Assembly: GCF_001194135.2 (NCBI RefSeq)
Contig: NC_068988.1
Span: forward strand, 49,654,112 to 49,718,111
Source of the DNA: Octopus bimaculoides
Lineage: Eukaryota
Reading direction: 5' to 3'
Length of the DNA: 64,000 bases
Shown: positions 25,311 to 38,900 of the stretch, one piece after another
How positions within the stretch are numbered: the first letter of the stretch is position 1
Layout: each line of letters begins with the position of its first letter
Made by a program: the position numbers and the translations under genes
Notes under the pieces: generated by a model
Databases searched by the model: none
What the model was told of the DNA's origin: nothing
The model's input: the letters and a program-made list of their open reading frames with translations, nothing else

Positions 25311-26272
25311 CACATACACACACACATACATATATATGTATTATATGTATGTATGTATATACATATATACATATTTATATATATATATGTATATATATGC
25401 GTATATGCATAGATATACATGTACATATCTATATACATGTGTGTGAGTGTATGTGTGTACATATATAACTATGTGTAATACACACACTCTCACACATAGA
25501 CATGCTATTGTTCCAAACGAAATATTAAGGATTGAGAATGAAATATGATAAAGTATGAAAAATTATTTTGCAAAGAGTAAGTCTTCACCTTTATGGCACG
25601 CACTGGTAAGTAAGCCGTCAGCGCTGAAATGACGCACAACAACATGTATTCGGGTGGGTCCTTCTTGACACACAGCTTCAAATGACATACCCCGATGGCC
25701 AGAACGCTTTCCCAGAGTAATAATCCAGTGAGAGTATAGACAGGAGGTCAGTTATGTAAGTGATGTCAGGTAGAATGCTTAGTTGCAATATATGCGGTAG
25801 TAAATGCCGCCCGAGAGCCTTCATGTTCAGATGAAACAAAAAGGCTAAAGGAAAAGGAGGGTGACAAAAAGGAGTACAGATAAAAGTTGTCCCAAGAGGT
25901 GAAACCGGTGCTTTCAGCTACCGCTAATTGTAGAGTATCACCCGAAGCATTGCCAGATTAATCCTTAGCAAAATCAAACGAAATCGCTTTGTTATGAATG
26001 CAACTATCACGAAGAGTTTATAACGCGAAAATGGGTCTTTTTTTCTTGCCCAGCAAGGAACCAGTTAGTGCTTACCAACATAGATATCATTCCATCGTCT
26101 CGCGGTGAATGCAAGGAGGAGATAGGGAAGTGGTTGGATACCATCTGAATCTCTTTAGCAATGCAGCCATTCAGGGTTCCATGAGGATGAAAGAAATATA
26201 TTTCCTCTGGTGTTTTTATTAAGATGGAGCTATCTATAATCTTAATATCTATAACCTCAATATGTTGTTAAT

Positions 26273-26470
26273 AGGGCGGCGAGCTAGGAAAAATGCCTAA
26301 TGGCATTTCATCCGCCCTTAAGTTCCGAGTCCAAATTCCGCTGAGGTAGACTTTGGCTTTCGTTATTTCGGTGTCGATAAAATAAGTACCAGTTGAACAC
26401 TATGGTCGATGCAATCGACTAGCCCCCCCCCCCCGAAATTGCTGACCTCGAAACAAAATTTGAAACTGAT
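26273..26470 (+). mobile_element. SINE-B
   Basis: GGCGGCGAGCT...GAGTCCAAATTCCGCTGAGG...AAAATTTGAAAC. Confidence 0.8.
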
Positions 26471-26959
26471 ATTTATTATACACGTGAGAAGCATGTATAT
26501 GTTCAACAATAACATGTGATAATCTTCCAGTTGAACAATAAATTGTTCATTAAACTATAGTCGTGTGTTTGTGAATGCATCAGACAATTAAATGAGACAT
26601 ACCCTACTTAATAAGAATTAAGAAATTATAAACAATAACGTATTTGTGTTTCTGGGTTCATGGTGCAATCTGCACTCGATGAAGCGTGTGCGGTGCCTTG
26701 GTGCGTGACTAAGAAATAAATGGAAACACATGTACTTAAATATAAAAAAAATAATACAGTGAAAGACTGTTGTATAAAACAATGGAAACTTCGCAAATGA
26801 AATTATGCTTGTCAAACTTAAAAACATTATTCAGTTCAATGACAATTACAGTTTTTCATATCTTATTACTTGCGCACAATCCTGTGTGCGTCTGTGTGTT
26901 TGTGTGTGCGCGCGCGCGTGTGTGTGTAAGTATGTATGCTTGTTTGTATGTATGTATGC

Positions 26960-26993
<34 letters not shown>

Positions 26994-27186
26994 ATATATA
27001 TATACATATATATGTACACATATACACACACATATACACACACATATACATATATACGTATTAATGTTTGCTTCATGTAAAGTTTTATATTAGAAAAACA
27101 ATTTAACTTTAAACCGAAGGATCGCCCGATACATTTTAGTAGGAAGCATATATATTAAAAGCTATGACACGCACACAAACTACGAG

Positions 27187-27232
<46 letters not shown>

Positions 27233-28540
27233 NNNNNNNNNNNNNNNNNNNNNNNNNNNNNNNNNNNNNNNNNNNNNNNNNNNNNNNNNNNNNNNNNNNN
27301 NNNNNNNNNNNNNNNNNNNNNNNNNNNNNNNNNNNNNNNNNNNNNNNNNNNNNNNNNNNNNNNNNNNNNNNNNNNNNNNNNNNNNNNNNNNNNNNNNNNN
27401 NNNNNNNNNNNNNNNNNNNNNNNNNNNNNNNNNNNNNNNNNNNNNNNNNNNNNNNNNNNNNNNNNNNNNNNNNNNNNNNNNNNNNNNNNNNNNNNNNNNN
27501 NNNNNNNNNNNNNNNNNNNNNNNNNNNNNNNNNNNNNNNNNNNNNNNNNNNNNNNNNNNNNNNNNNNNNNNNNNNNNNNNNNNNNNNNNNNNNNNNNNNN
27601 NNNNNNNNNNNNNNNNNNNNNNNNNNNNNNNNNNNNNNNNNNNNNNNNNNNNNNNNNNNNNNNNNNNNNNNNNNNNNNNNNNNNNNNNNNNNNNNNNNNN
27701 NNNNNNNNNNNNNNNNNNNNNNNNNNNNNNNNNNNNNNNNNNNNNNNNNNNNNNNNNNNNNNNNNNNNNNNNNNNNNNNNNNNNNNNNNNNNNNNNNNNN
27801 NNNNNNNNNNNNNNNNNNNNNNNNNNNNNNNNNNNNNNNNNNNNNNNNNNNNNNNNNNNNNNNNNNNNNNNNNNNNNNNNNNNNNNNNNNNNNNNNNNNN
27901 NNNNNNNNNNNNNNNNNNNNNNNNNNNNNNNNNNNNNNNNNNNNNNNNNNNNNNNNNNNNNNNNNNNNNNNNNNNNNNNNNNNNNNNNNNNNNNNNNNNN
28001 NNNNNNNNNNNNNNNNNNNNNNNNNNNNNNNNNNNNNNNNNNNNNNNNNNNNNNNNNNNNNNNNNNNNNNNNNNNNNNNNNNNNNNNNNNNNNNNNNNNN
28101 NNNNNNNAATAAACAAAGAGAGAAGGACAGAAATCAGTAAACCCTGTGTCGAGTAATCAGTAACGCGCTCGGCTGCCAAACGATACGTGAATGTTTTACG
28201 TTTCATCTGTCGATCTGATAATGTTTTTCTATGTTTCTGAATAGTATCTCCACACTACGAGAATCGTACACACGTTTTTGTATACGTACACCGACTTTTG
28301 ATCGCAAAAAACGCACTCAACACCTGAGCTGAAGACACCTCCGAAATGTGTGGAGCGCCATGTCGAAAACGGTAGAGGAGTAGGGGCCGAAACCGGTTTT
28401 TAGCCCCTGCATCCTATAAAGGAGCTGTTGGGGTAGTGAACCACGAAACATGGCTGGAATTCCTCCCCACTTCCTAATTCCACCCTCAATTATAAACCAA
28501 AAATATGTTCAAGAAGATTCTTCTTGAACATATTAATTCT

Positions 28541-28817
28541 AATAATAATAATAACAATCTTTTCAACTAAAGGCACAAGGCCTGAAATTTGTGGGGAGGG
28601 GACTAGTCTGTTGCATCGACCCCAGTGTTTCACTGGTACTTAATTTCTAGTCGATTAGATTGACCCCCAGTACTCAACTGGTTCTTACTTTATCGACCTC
28701 GTAAGGATGACCAGCAAAGATGACCTCGGCGGAATTGGAATTCAGAACGTAAAGACAGACGAAACGACGCTAAGTATTTTGCTCAACATGCTAACAACTC
28801 TGCCAGATCTCCGTCTC

Positions 28818-28884
<67 letters not shown>

Positions 28885-30172
28885 GCCCGGATGCAGTACC
28901 AGGCTGTGGCTCTCATGGCTTCTGATCTTAACTGATTGGAAGTGTTATCATGTACATTGTTTTGTCTTGGTATAAAAAGATGGGCTACAGCAATTATTCT
29001 GCTCAATACCACAGATTTACTTGTCAGTTGTTTGACCGTAACCAGTTGAGCATGTCCCTTGATGGCTGACGATATGTGCATCTCTGATCATGAGCAGAAG
29101 TAGTGGGGGAGCATCATAGCCATGTGTTGAGAGGAATTCTTTGAGGTTTGAATAATTCTCCTTTGGAAACATGGGTGTTTTGCTCAACATCTCTAAACAA
29201 ACCTTATTCGGGGACCCTTTGAGCGGGATGGGCTACTCGACCTGAAGAAAATTCTAACTAGGCCCCACCTGCAAGGTCATGCGCCGTTTATCTTGATATG
29301 AGTTCACCATATCACACACATATGGTTGTGATGCATGTGCCTGGTGTACCCTTATCAGACGGGTAGTCATGATGGGTATAATGGGCTTCGTATATTTTAC
29401 CCCAGTATCACTTTGATGGCTTGCATTGCTCTCACTCAATAATAATAATACTAATGATAATAGTTTCAAGTTTTGTCATAAGAGCAGCAATTCTGGGGGG
29501 AGAGGAATGGATCGGTTATATCGACTCTAGTGTTCAACTGGAATTTATTTTATCGACCCCAAAAGGATGAAAGGTAAAGCTGACCTCGGTGAAATTTGAA
29601 CTCAGAACGGAGCGACGGGCAAAGCATTTCGTCCAGCTCCCCGCCTTGAAAATAATAATATTTTGGGGGAGGGTGTAAGTCGATTACATCGACCCCAGTA
29701 CTTGGCTGGTACTTCAATTATCGATCCTGAAAGGATGAAACGCAAATCGACCTCGGTGGAATTTGAACTCAGAACGTAGCGGCAGACGAAATACTGCTAT
29801 GCATTTCGCCCAGCGTGGTAACGATTCTGCCAGCTCACCACCTTAATAGTAATAATAATGATGATAGTTTCAAATTTTAGCACAGGGCCAGCAATTTCGG
29901 AAGAGATAGTAATTTGATTACATTAACTCCAGTGTACAACTGGTATTTATTTCATCAACTCCAATTGTGCCAGCAAGCCGCTTTCAAAATTATTTCTACT
30001 ACAGGCACAAGTTCTGAAAGTTTTGACCGAAGGGTCTACTCGATTACATCACCCGCAGTGCTCAGTCGGTATTTATATTATTGAACCCGAAAGAATGAAA
30101 GACAAAGACGACCTCAGCGGAATTTGAACTCAGAATATAAGGAAAACGTAAAGTAATTTGCCGACGCTGTAA
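28541..30172 (-). mobile_element. Cluster of five co-oriented SINE-B copies or fragments
   Basis: About 28541-28815, 29460-29647, 29665-29845, 29865-29960 and 29995-30172, mostly separated by AAT-type tracts. Confidence 0.8.
28881..29450 (+). mobile_element. Dispersed repeat with (AAT)n tail (probable LINE 3' end or SINE)
   Basis: Lies between two (AAT)n tracts. I recognise it as an abundant octopus-type repeat, but it is single-copy in this window. Confidence 0.5.
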
Positions 30173-30189
30173 TGGTTCTACCAAATGAT

Positions 30190-30234
30190 ACATGTATGCG
30201 TGGTATGCATTGTGTGTATGCATGCATATGTGTT

Positions 30235-30269
<35 letters not shown>

Positions 30270-30518
30270 ATATATATGTATATATATGTGTATAGGTATA
30301 TGTGTATGTATATATATATATATGTATATATGTCTATCTATCTCTACCTCTCCCCTCCCTTGCTCTCTCTCTTCTCCCCCTCTCTCTCTCCTCNNNNNNN
30401 NNNNNNNNNNNNNNNNNNNNNNNNNNNNNNNNNNNNNNNNNNNNNNNNNNNNNNNNNNNNNNNNNNNNNNNNNNNNNNNNNNNNNNNNNNNNNNNNNNNN
30501 NNNNNNNNNNNNNNNNNN

Positions 30519-30582
<64 letters not shown>

Positions 30583-30778
30583 ACACACACAAAAATGTAG
30601 GTATATTTATTATATTTATGTACGTATATTCAGACGTACATAGACACACATATATATACGTACACACATTTACACATATATTGTTATATGTGTTTGTGCG
30701 CATTTGTTATATGTGTTTGTACGCATTTGTTATCCTCTTCCTCATCATCATCATCATCATCATCATTATTATTATTAA

Positions 30779-30862
<84 letters not shown>

Positions 30863-30900
30863 CATACATACATACATACGTACAAATACTTGTGCTGCAT
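30190..30900. repeat. Compound microsatellite (TA, CT, CAT, TTA)
   Basis: Visible directly. Confidence 0.95.
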
Positions 30901-31689
30901 ATATATAGAGAGAGCGATAGAGAGACAGACGTATGCGAAACATTGGGAGTATATGTTTATTAAAACTCGAAGACAAATACATAGAGCTGCGCGCGCGCGC
31001 GCGTACAGACACATACTCACACAAAAGGAAACCTATATAAATAGACGTGAGATAGTTAGAGAAGATCAGAGTATGGTGTTCTTATTTAAAGAAAGACGTA
31101 TAGCTTAGAATATAAGCTGGCAACTTAAACAAAATACGACACATTGAAAATAAAGCCGTAATGTTTTCTACCTGCTCTGCTCGTTGTTTGTTATTTGATT
31201 TTATTCCTGGATTATTAATGAGATTAAATATAGGATTGTATTGGATTAACTTGTATTTCCAGCAAAACTGTGGGTTTTCCAGTTGGAACAGATCGCTCCT
31301 TAAATGGAAGAAATCTTCTTGCAGCAGAAGCAATCGTCTTTATTGTAGACACCAGAGAATCTTAAACTGCAGGCAAGAGACTAACTCCGGGACTTGGTTT
31401 CGATCTAGCTTGGTGCCGTTACGTTTCGTTAATGTTCTGTGTCGCATTGCAACAGCGGAGAGAGAGGGAGGGAAGAAAGAGAGAGAAAAGGAGAGGAAGG
31501 GAGAAGGAGGCAAAGTGAGGAGTGACATATTTTATACGTTTGAGTTAATTTCCTGCAGTTAAGCTCTATAAAACATTGAGCCTTTAAGTTTAGTTTAACA
31601 TGATTCACTAAATCGGTACTCAAATACTATTCGCTTTGTATCTCAGTTACTGTCTCTGTCTCTGTCTCTCTTTCTCTCTTTCTCTCTAC

Positions 31690-31753
<64 letters not shown>

Positions 31754-31831
31754 ATCTATCTATCTCACGCATACACACACATCAGCTCATTATATATATA
31801 TAGATATACATGCGCACTCATATGAGTATAT

Positions 31832-31864
<33 letters not shown>

Positions 31865-32494
31865 CATATATATATAGAGAGAGATATATGCACATATACA
31901 TACACACATACACACACACATACATATATATATATATANNNNNNNNNNNNNNNNNNNNNNNNNNNNNNNNNNNNNNNNNNNNNNNNNNNNNNNNNNNNNN
32001 NNNNNNNNNNNNNNNNNNNNNNNNNNNNNNNNNNNNNNNNNNNNNNNNNNNNNNNNNNNNNNNNNNNNNNNNNNNNNNNNNNNNNNNNNNNNNNNNNNNN
32101 NNNNNNNNNNNNNNNNNNNNNNNNNNNNNNNNNNNNNNNNNNNNNNNNNNNNNNNNNNNNNNNNNNNNNNNNNNNNNNNNNNNNNNNNNNNNNNNNNNNN
32201 NNNNNNNNNNNNNNNNNNNNNNNNNNNNNNNNNNNNNNNNNNNNNNNNNNNNNNNNNNNNNNNNNNNNNNNNNNNNNNNNNNNNNNNNNNNNNNNNNNNN
32301 NNNNNNNNNNNNNNNNNNNNNNNNNNNNNNNNNNNNNNNNNNNNNNNNNNNNNNNNNNNNNNNNNNNNNNNNNNNNNNNNNNNNNNNNNNNNNNNNNNNN
32401 NNNNNNNNNNNNNNNNNNNNNNNNNNNNNNNNNNNNNNNNNNNNNNNNNNNNNNNNNNNNNNNNNNNNNNNNNNNNNNNNNNNNNNNNNNNNNN

Positions 32495-32537
<43 letters not shown>

Positions 32538-33257
32538 ATAAAACCATATAATATATCTGTCTCGATAATACTGGATTATTTTTTTTATATATTTAATATG
32601 ATGTAATAACTATAGATAATATATATAATATTTTCATCAAGTAATAAGAGTTGACATCTGGATTCAGCTAGAACATTGTAACTGCATATACAAAGCTTCT
32701 ATGTGACTTGTATTGTTTTCTATTTGTTGCGTATTAATTTCTGGTGAGATTTTTATACTCACTGCAATAAATATGTTAACATTTCTTTTTATTGTGAATG
32801 GCGTCTCTGAATTATTTATTGAATTTTCATTTCCTATCTCAAGAACAGCACAATCTTGTATAAAAATTATGTAATGCTTCTTTCATGAAAGTTTCTGTAA
32901 ATGTCAGGGAAGACTGTATATCGTTTATGATTTCAGAATTAGGTCGAAACTTGCAGTGATTTGTTTCTCTTTCATGTTGAAAAATCGAACAGATGTTATT
33001 TCCCCGATGCAATTCTGTCTAGCTTGCTTCGAAATGAACGCGCCATGAAAAATGTCAACACGAACTTAACTTGCATTGTCGGATCTTCACACATGGAGTT
33101 TTTCATTTCATGTATGTCTGTTATATCATCCAAGAACAAGTTACACTCGAAGGCAGTTCAAATCCCGGGGATTCAATCAATCAAGAAAGTAAAAAAAAAA
33201 AAGGTTAGAAAATTACCACTTTTAAATCTCACATCGTGAGATATTCAGCAACAGTAC

Positions 33258-33690
33258 TTTGTAGTAAAGATTGTTTGCCAACATAACATGGCAACCCTAG
33301 TTTAGGACCAATGTTGCTGTAATTTAGCCCTAGGAGACATCCTCTCCAGCTGGCTATACGACACGATCTGTGTCCTTACATTTTCGATCAAGGGAATCTA
33401 GCACCCCCACTCAGCTCAAAACAATATATGTATATCGCGATTTCTAGGTTATTTCTCTTCCTAGCCGAACAATTATTCTGTGCTGATAAAGGGAAATAAC
33501 CCAGAAATTGTGTTACACAGATATTGTTTTGAGCTGAGTGGGGGTGTTAGATTCCCTTGTTCGAAAATGTAAGGACACAGATCATGCCATATGGCCAGCT
33601 GGAGACGATGTCTCATGGGGCTAAGTTACAGCAACATTAGTCCTAAACCTGGACTGCCATATTATGTTGGCAAACAATCTTTACTACAAA
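33258..33690. mobile_element. Foldback element / long inverted repeat
   Basis: Arms 33258-33459 and 33489-33690 (202 bp each, about 23 mismatches counted by eye) with a 29 nt spacer. No clear TSD. Confidence 0.85.
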
Positions 33691-33720
33691 AACAGGTGTT
33701 ATAAACAAGCACAACCAATC

Positions 33721-33794
<74 letters not shown>

Positions 33795-33822
33795 TTTCTC
33801 TCCCCCTCTGTCACTCTCCCTC

Positions 33823-33864
<42 letters not shown>

Positions 33865-34124
33865 ACACTCAGAGACACACTCACAAACACACACCATCTC
33901 ACACACTGAATTTATATTATTTGAAAGATATGTATCCAAAGAAGTTATCCGCTTCTTCAGTTGTAGCGGTTTAAGCCTATGGTACATCATAAATAACAAA
34001 AAGCAATGTTTAATTATTAAGAAATTAAGAATGAGAACAATAAAAATAAGATCCTGAGATTATACTATATTTGTCTTACTCACAGATGTTACATTCATGT
34101 GTGTCTGTGATTGTGTTCGTGCGC

Positions 34125-34215
34125 GCGCGTGTGTGTATGTATGTATGTATGAATGTATGTATGTATGTTCGTTCGTTCGTTCGTTCGTTCGTTCGTTCGT
34201 TCGTTCGTTCGTTCT
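34125..34215. repeat. (GTAT)n-(GTTC)n microsatellite
   Basis: Visible directly. Confidence 0.95.
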
Positions 34216-34309
34216 CGTTGCTGGTAATGGAAGGAAGATGTTCACATCTGCAGAGCAGCAAACCTCTAGGACTGTTCGTGATCTTTCTTTTCAGTCGTAA
34301 ATAATAATC

Positions 34310-34510
34310 TTTTCTATCCTAGACACACAAATTTTGTGGAAGGGAGCCAGTCGATTAGATCGACCTCAGTACATAACTGGTACTTAATTCATCGACCCCG
34401 AAAGGATGTAAAGCAAAGTCGACCTCGGCGGAATTTGAACGTAAAGACAGACGAAATGCCGCTAATCGTTTCGCCCGGCGTGCTAACGTTTCTGCCAGCC
34501 CGCCGCTTTA
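34310..34510 (-). mobile_element. SINE-B
   Basis: Well conserved, with AATAAT flanks on both sides. Confidence 0.85.
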
Positions 34511-34589
34511 TATAATAATATCAGGCAGGTTATGTTTGCAATTGGTAGAAGTTTCTAATATTCTTTATGCTGATATGTAAGTATTCAAT

Positions 34590-35720
34590 AGGATAGGTGT
34601 TGTTTGCATTTACTCCAGGGTAGTCTTTTCTACGGATAACATTGTTTATTGTTTCAGCAACATGTCACTGTGGGAGGTTGTACCACGATGACATTTTGGG
34701 TCAGATGCTGACTGCATGTGTCATCTCCTCCATTAAAAAATGACTTAATCGACATTTACGGTTGCATCTAGGGAGTTTAAGTGTCAACGTTTGTTCATTA
34801 GATATTTCGGAGCTATCTCCTGTGAATTGCAAAAGCTTAAGCTTAGAGATGTGACATGGTGTAAACGTTCATGAGTCCAAATGAGGCTACTCTTCATGCC
34901 AGTATTATCATCCGTCTCAAGCTTACAGGAAACATACCTACGTATAAGCATTTTGTGGTTTATAGAATAATATTCTTCTTACTCTGCTGAGTTTAACTAG
35001 TCCTGTACTGCTGAGTTCACATAGGAAGTCATTAGGAAGTAAGCGCTTCTTGGGAAGTTCACAACCAACCCGCTGGATGTTGTTTACTATTTTTGAACAC
35101 TCGGTTGATGTTTTTTCTGTCGTTGTTTTTTAGATGTCTGAGTGATATTAATCGCTATCCAAAGGCTGCCTACACTAATCTTAAGCTTCTACCTCAATTT
35201 TTTTTTATGTCATAGAACCTGTTTCTGTAGAAGTTTACTGTTGATGTCAAGATCTTGTGAGTTTTATCGTTTTATGGAGCAGATTTCGTTATAGAACTGT
35301 CAAGTATCCCAAATGCTCGTATCAGCACTGGTACGGTCATTGAGTTGTGAGATATTATCTTGTTGAAAGAAGAAAGCTTTGGCAGTCATATTTATTTTTA
35401 GTCTAGCGTAATATTTTTGGGGCGACTTAACCTTTGTTTACAGGATATTCGTATGATATATATTTTGTCAATAGGTATTTGTAAGTCTCATTTTGGGGGA
35501 CAGTGGAGACAGGGAGACTATTGACATAGAAGTTCTAAATTCTGGAAACATCTTTTCGGTGATCAATTCTTAAACATGAAATTCTTTTGTCCAACTTCCA
35601 TCCCCGTATCAGCAGAAATTTAACTAAATCCCGCTGTTTCTCAGCATAGTAAATATTTCGAGTACATGTACTTATCTTTAAATCGTCCCAAAATTAAAGG
35701 TTACATTAGTAGGCACAAGA
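34590..35720 (-). mobile_element. Decayed R4/Dong-like LINE (RT catalytic motif to zinc knuckle)
   Basis: Minus-strand remnants: FWDDLK (about 35675-35693), FSADTGME, ETYKYL, IISHNSMTVPVLIRAFGILD, DKTHKILTST, QEIAPKYLMNKR, KCRL. Frameshifted. Confidence 0.75.
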
Positions 35721-36204
35721 CTTAACCCGGCTGATTTTCGCAAATGATATGAATATGGATTTGACGCCAAAATAATCGGTGCGCTGTTACGTCAGTTTTT
35801 CATTCGTTACCGCGGACTTTAAATGTGTGGCCATTGATTTCAGGTTTCGTTCAAAAATCGGAAATAGTTTCACCGTGGTTCTCGTTCTTTATTTAAAGTC
35901 ACTTTCTGTTTCATATATATGTTGCTATGAAGAGAAATGACAGAATCATTCAAGACAGATGGAACTCGTGTGATTGTTCTTCAGTCTAAACAGTTGTTGG
36001 TAGACATCTCTAGGAAAACCATAGCCAGTGAGGCGCTCTCAGTTGCTTACAGTTCTCTAGACGAATCACTAAGGCGATATGTTTCACTCGAGATCTAGAA
36101 GGTTTGAACCAGCAAGAGACAGCCTGGTTTGGATAAAACATTGTAAATAATTAGATACTTTGGTGCGGTCCTGAGCAAATTGCAACCCGCAGGATTTCTG
36201 AAGA

Positions 36205-36581
36205 GCACTCTGTCGCTTACGCCATCGAGGGTTACAGTTTATCCGATCAACGGAACAGCCTGCTCGTGAAATTAACGTGCAAGTGGCTGAGCACTCCACA
36301 GACACGTGTACCCTTAACGTAGTTATCAGGTATATTCAGCGTGACACAGTGTGACAAGGCTGACCCTTTGAATTACAGGCACAACAGAAACAGGAACTAA
36401 GAGTGAGAGAAAGTTGTGGTGAAAGAGTATAGCAGGGTTCGCCACCATCCCCTGTCGGAGCCTTGTGGAGCATTAGGTGTTTTCGCTCAATAAACACTCA
36501 CAACGCCCGGTCTGGGAATCGAAACCACGATCCTATGGCCGCGAGTCTGCTGCCCTAACCACTGGGTCATTGCGCCTCCAC
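36205..36581 (-). mobile_element. SINE-C, tail-less, with 12 bp TSD (1 mismatch)
   Basis: TCTGAAGAGCAC at 36197-36208 and TCTGAACAGCAC at 36582-36593. Confidence 0.9.
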
Positions 36582-37724
36582 TCTGAACAGCACACCTGAT
36601 GAAAAATGACATTGAATTTTTTAAGTAGTGCAGTTCTCCTGAGGATGAATTATGTGTTATTCACTCGTTTTTCGGAAATTGGCTGTGCATACGTGTTTTA
36701 GAGGAGCAAATACATTCGAGGAGGGAAGCAGAGAAGAAACTACTTTTGTGAACTAGAGGCTGGAGAGTATCACTATCAAATAGATTCCTATCAAACCTTC
36801 GAAGAGAATTGGTTGAGATGCGCCATCTGTATAAGGCATGTTGTGTTGTATTTGTTATTAATATACCTTCCAGCCTTCTAGCATTGTGGGACAATTCTAC
36901 ATAAGATATTTGTGTTATCAACTAACGTTTACCCAATGAGTTATGACATTCGCAAACCTTTCTGAACACGCGTGCGCGCACACACACACACACACACAAA
37001 TGCACAAATACACACAAACATGCACATACGCAGACACATACAGCAATTATCTTTAATGGAACGAAGGATTTTGTGAATTTATTATTTTTATTAATCCCTT
37101 TTTTAATAAAAAAAAGTGTTTCGAAAATTCAAAAAAAAAAATTGCAATTATCTCTATGGGCTCTGTTTGTTCTAAATTTATTATCCTTGTTAATTCCATT
37201 AAAATAAACACACACACGCCTGAACACTCACACACTCGCGTCTGCAAACACTCACATACACGCACACACATGCACAAACACACACACGCAAGCACGCACG
37301 CACGCATTCAAACACATACAAACAAATTAATTTTTATTAGTTTTGTGTTTATTTTATTTTAGTATTTACCCCTTTCGTTATTAATTTTATTAATCACCCC
37401 TTTTTTCCCTTTAAATTGTAATTATTTTTAGCTTGACCCCTATNNNNNNNNNNNNNNNNNNNNNNNNNNNNNNNNNNNNNNNNNNNNNNNNNNNNNNNNN
37501 NNNNNNNNNNNNNNNNNNNNNNNNNNNNNNNNNNNNNNNNNNNNNNNNNNNNNNNNNNNNNNNNNNNNNNNNNNNNNNNNNNNNNNNNNNNNNNNNNNNN
37601 NNNNNNNNNNNNNNNNNNNNNNNNNNNNNNNNNNNNNNNNNNNNNNNNNNNNNNNNNNNNNNNNNNNNNNNNNNNNNNNNNNNNNNNNATTGCTGTCCTG
37701 GATCTCATTTCACACACCACAAAA

Positions 37725-37791
37725 TCACCACCCACCCACCACCACTACCACAACCAGTACCACTACCACTACCACCACCACCACCACCACC

Positions 37792-37843
<52 letters not shown>

Positions 37844-37845
37844 TT
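37725..37845. repeat. (CAC)n-(TAC)n microsatellite
   Basis: Visible directly. Confidence 0.95.
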
Positions 37846-38414
37846 TGGGTTGTGGATTGGCAGAATCAGTAGAACACCTGAAAAAATAACTTGCACCATT
37901 TACTGGCAATCCCTTGCTTTCTGTGATCAAACCTATTGAGGTAGATTTTGCATCCCTCTGGAGCCGACAAAACAAGTAACAATTAATTAGTAAGACTAAC
38001 TGTTACGTATAGTTTTGACTTGGACAAATAGATTCTGTACAGAAGATCATCCGGGTATTTGTGATTTGCGCCGACACCGAAGTTACTTAACGTATATCAC
38101 GTACTCTCGTTTCTTGAGATTCGAGACATCTCACCCCACCCTCTGGCATTTTTCTTCTGTACCTTTGGCAAAACAGTGCTGCCTTCATAACCGAACGTAG
38201 ATGAGATCGGCGAGAACTAATATTGGTAAACTGTCAGTTCGGTTGTAATATTTTCCCTTAAAGACCAATGTAGCTAAACAGAAGGTGTTTAATAATATCA
38301 TCAAAAATGTTTACTAAACTGATTTTCTGTGAGCGATACATTCAAGTATAATTGACTTCTGTTCAGTTTTCTACTCAAAGTTATTGCCGTCGTTGATGTT
38401 GTTTTTTCTCTGTT

Positions 38415-38900
38415 ACTTGTTTTACTCATTAGACTGCGGCCATGCTGGAACACAACCTTCAAGAACTTTAGTCGAACGAATCGATCCCAGCATATTGTTT
38501 AAAGACTTGTATTTATTCTATCGGTCACTTTTGCCGAACTGCTGTGTTACAGAGACATAAAGATATACACACGAGATGTCAAGCGGTGCTGAGTGACAAA
38601 CACACACACACACAGAGTTCAGCTAGAGGAGATGTCCTCTTGAGGTTAAAAAGTCATAGAAGAGTCCGTTCGAACAGACAGCCATGTTGAAGTGGCTACG
38701 AATATTATATATATATACATATATATATATNNNNNNNNNNTTGAAGTGGCTACGAATATTATATATATATACGACCGTCCTCTTTCGGTTTCTGTCTACT
38801 CACAAGGAAGCTACAGAAGACACTTGCCCAAGGTGCCGCCGTGCATTGGCTCTAAACCCAGAACCCTGTGCATGGGTAGCAAATTTCTTACCATAGAGCG
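38415..38900 (-). mobile_element. SINE-A, near full length
   Basis: Tail 38415-38610, head 38760-38900. Confidence 0.75.

Noticed and set aside
28541-30172. Repeat-spacer appearance suggestive of an array
   Set aside because: The units are diverged SINE copies of uneven length in eukaryotic DNA, with no cas genes; not CRISPR.
36753-36881. About 18 bp imperfect inverted repeat
   Set aside because: Short and gapped, with no TSD and no second copy.
38686-38772. TTGAAGTGGCTACGAATATT duplicated around a 10 N gap
   Set aside because: Unmerged overlap at a TA repeat; an assembly artefact is likely.
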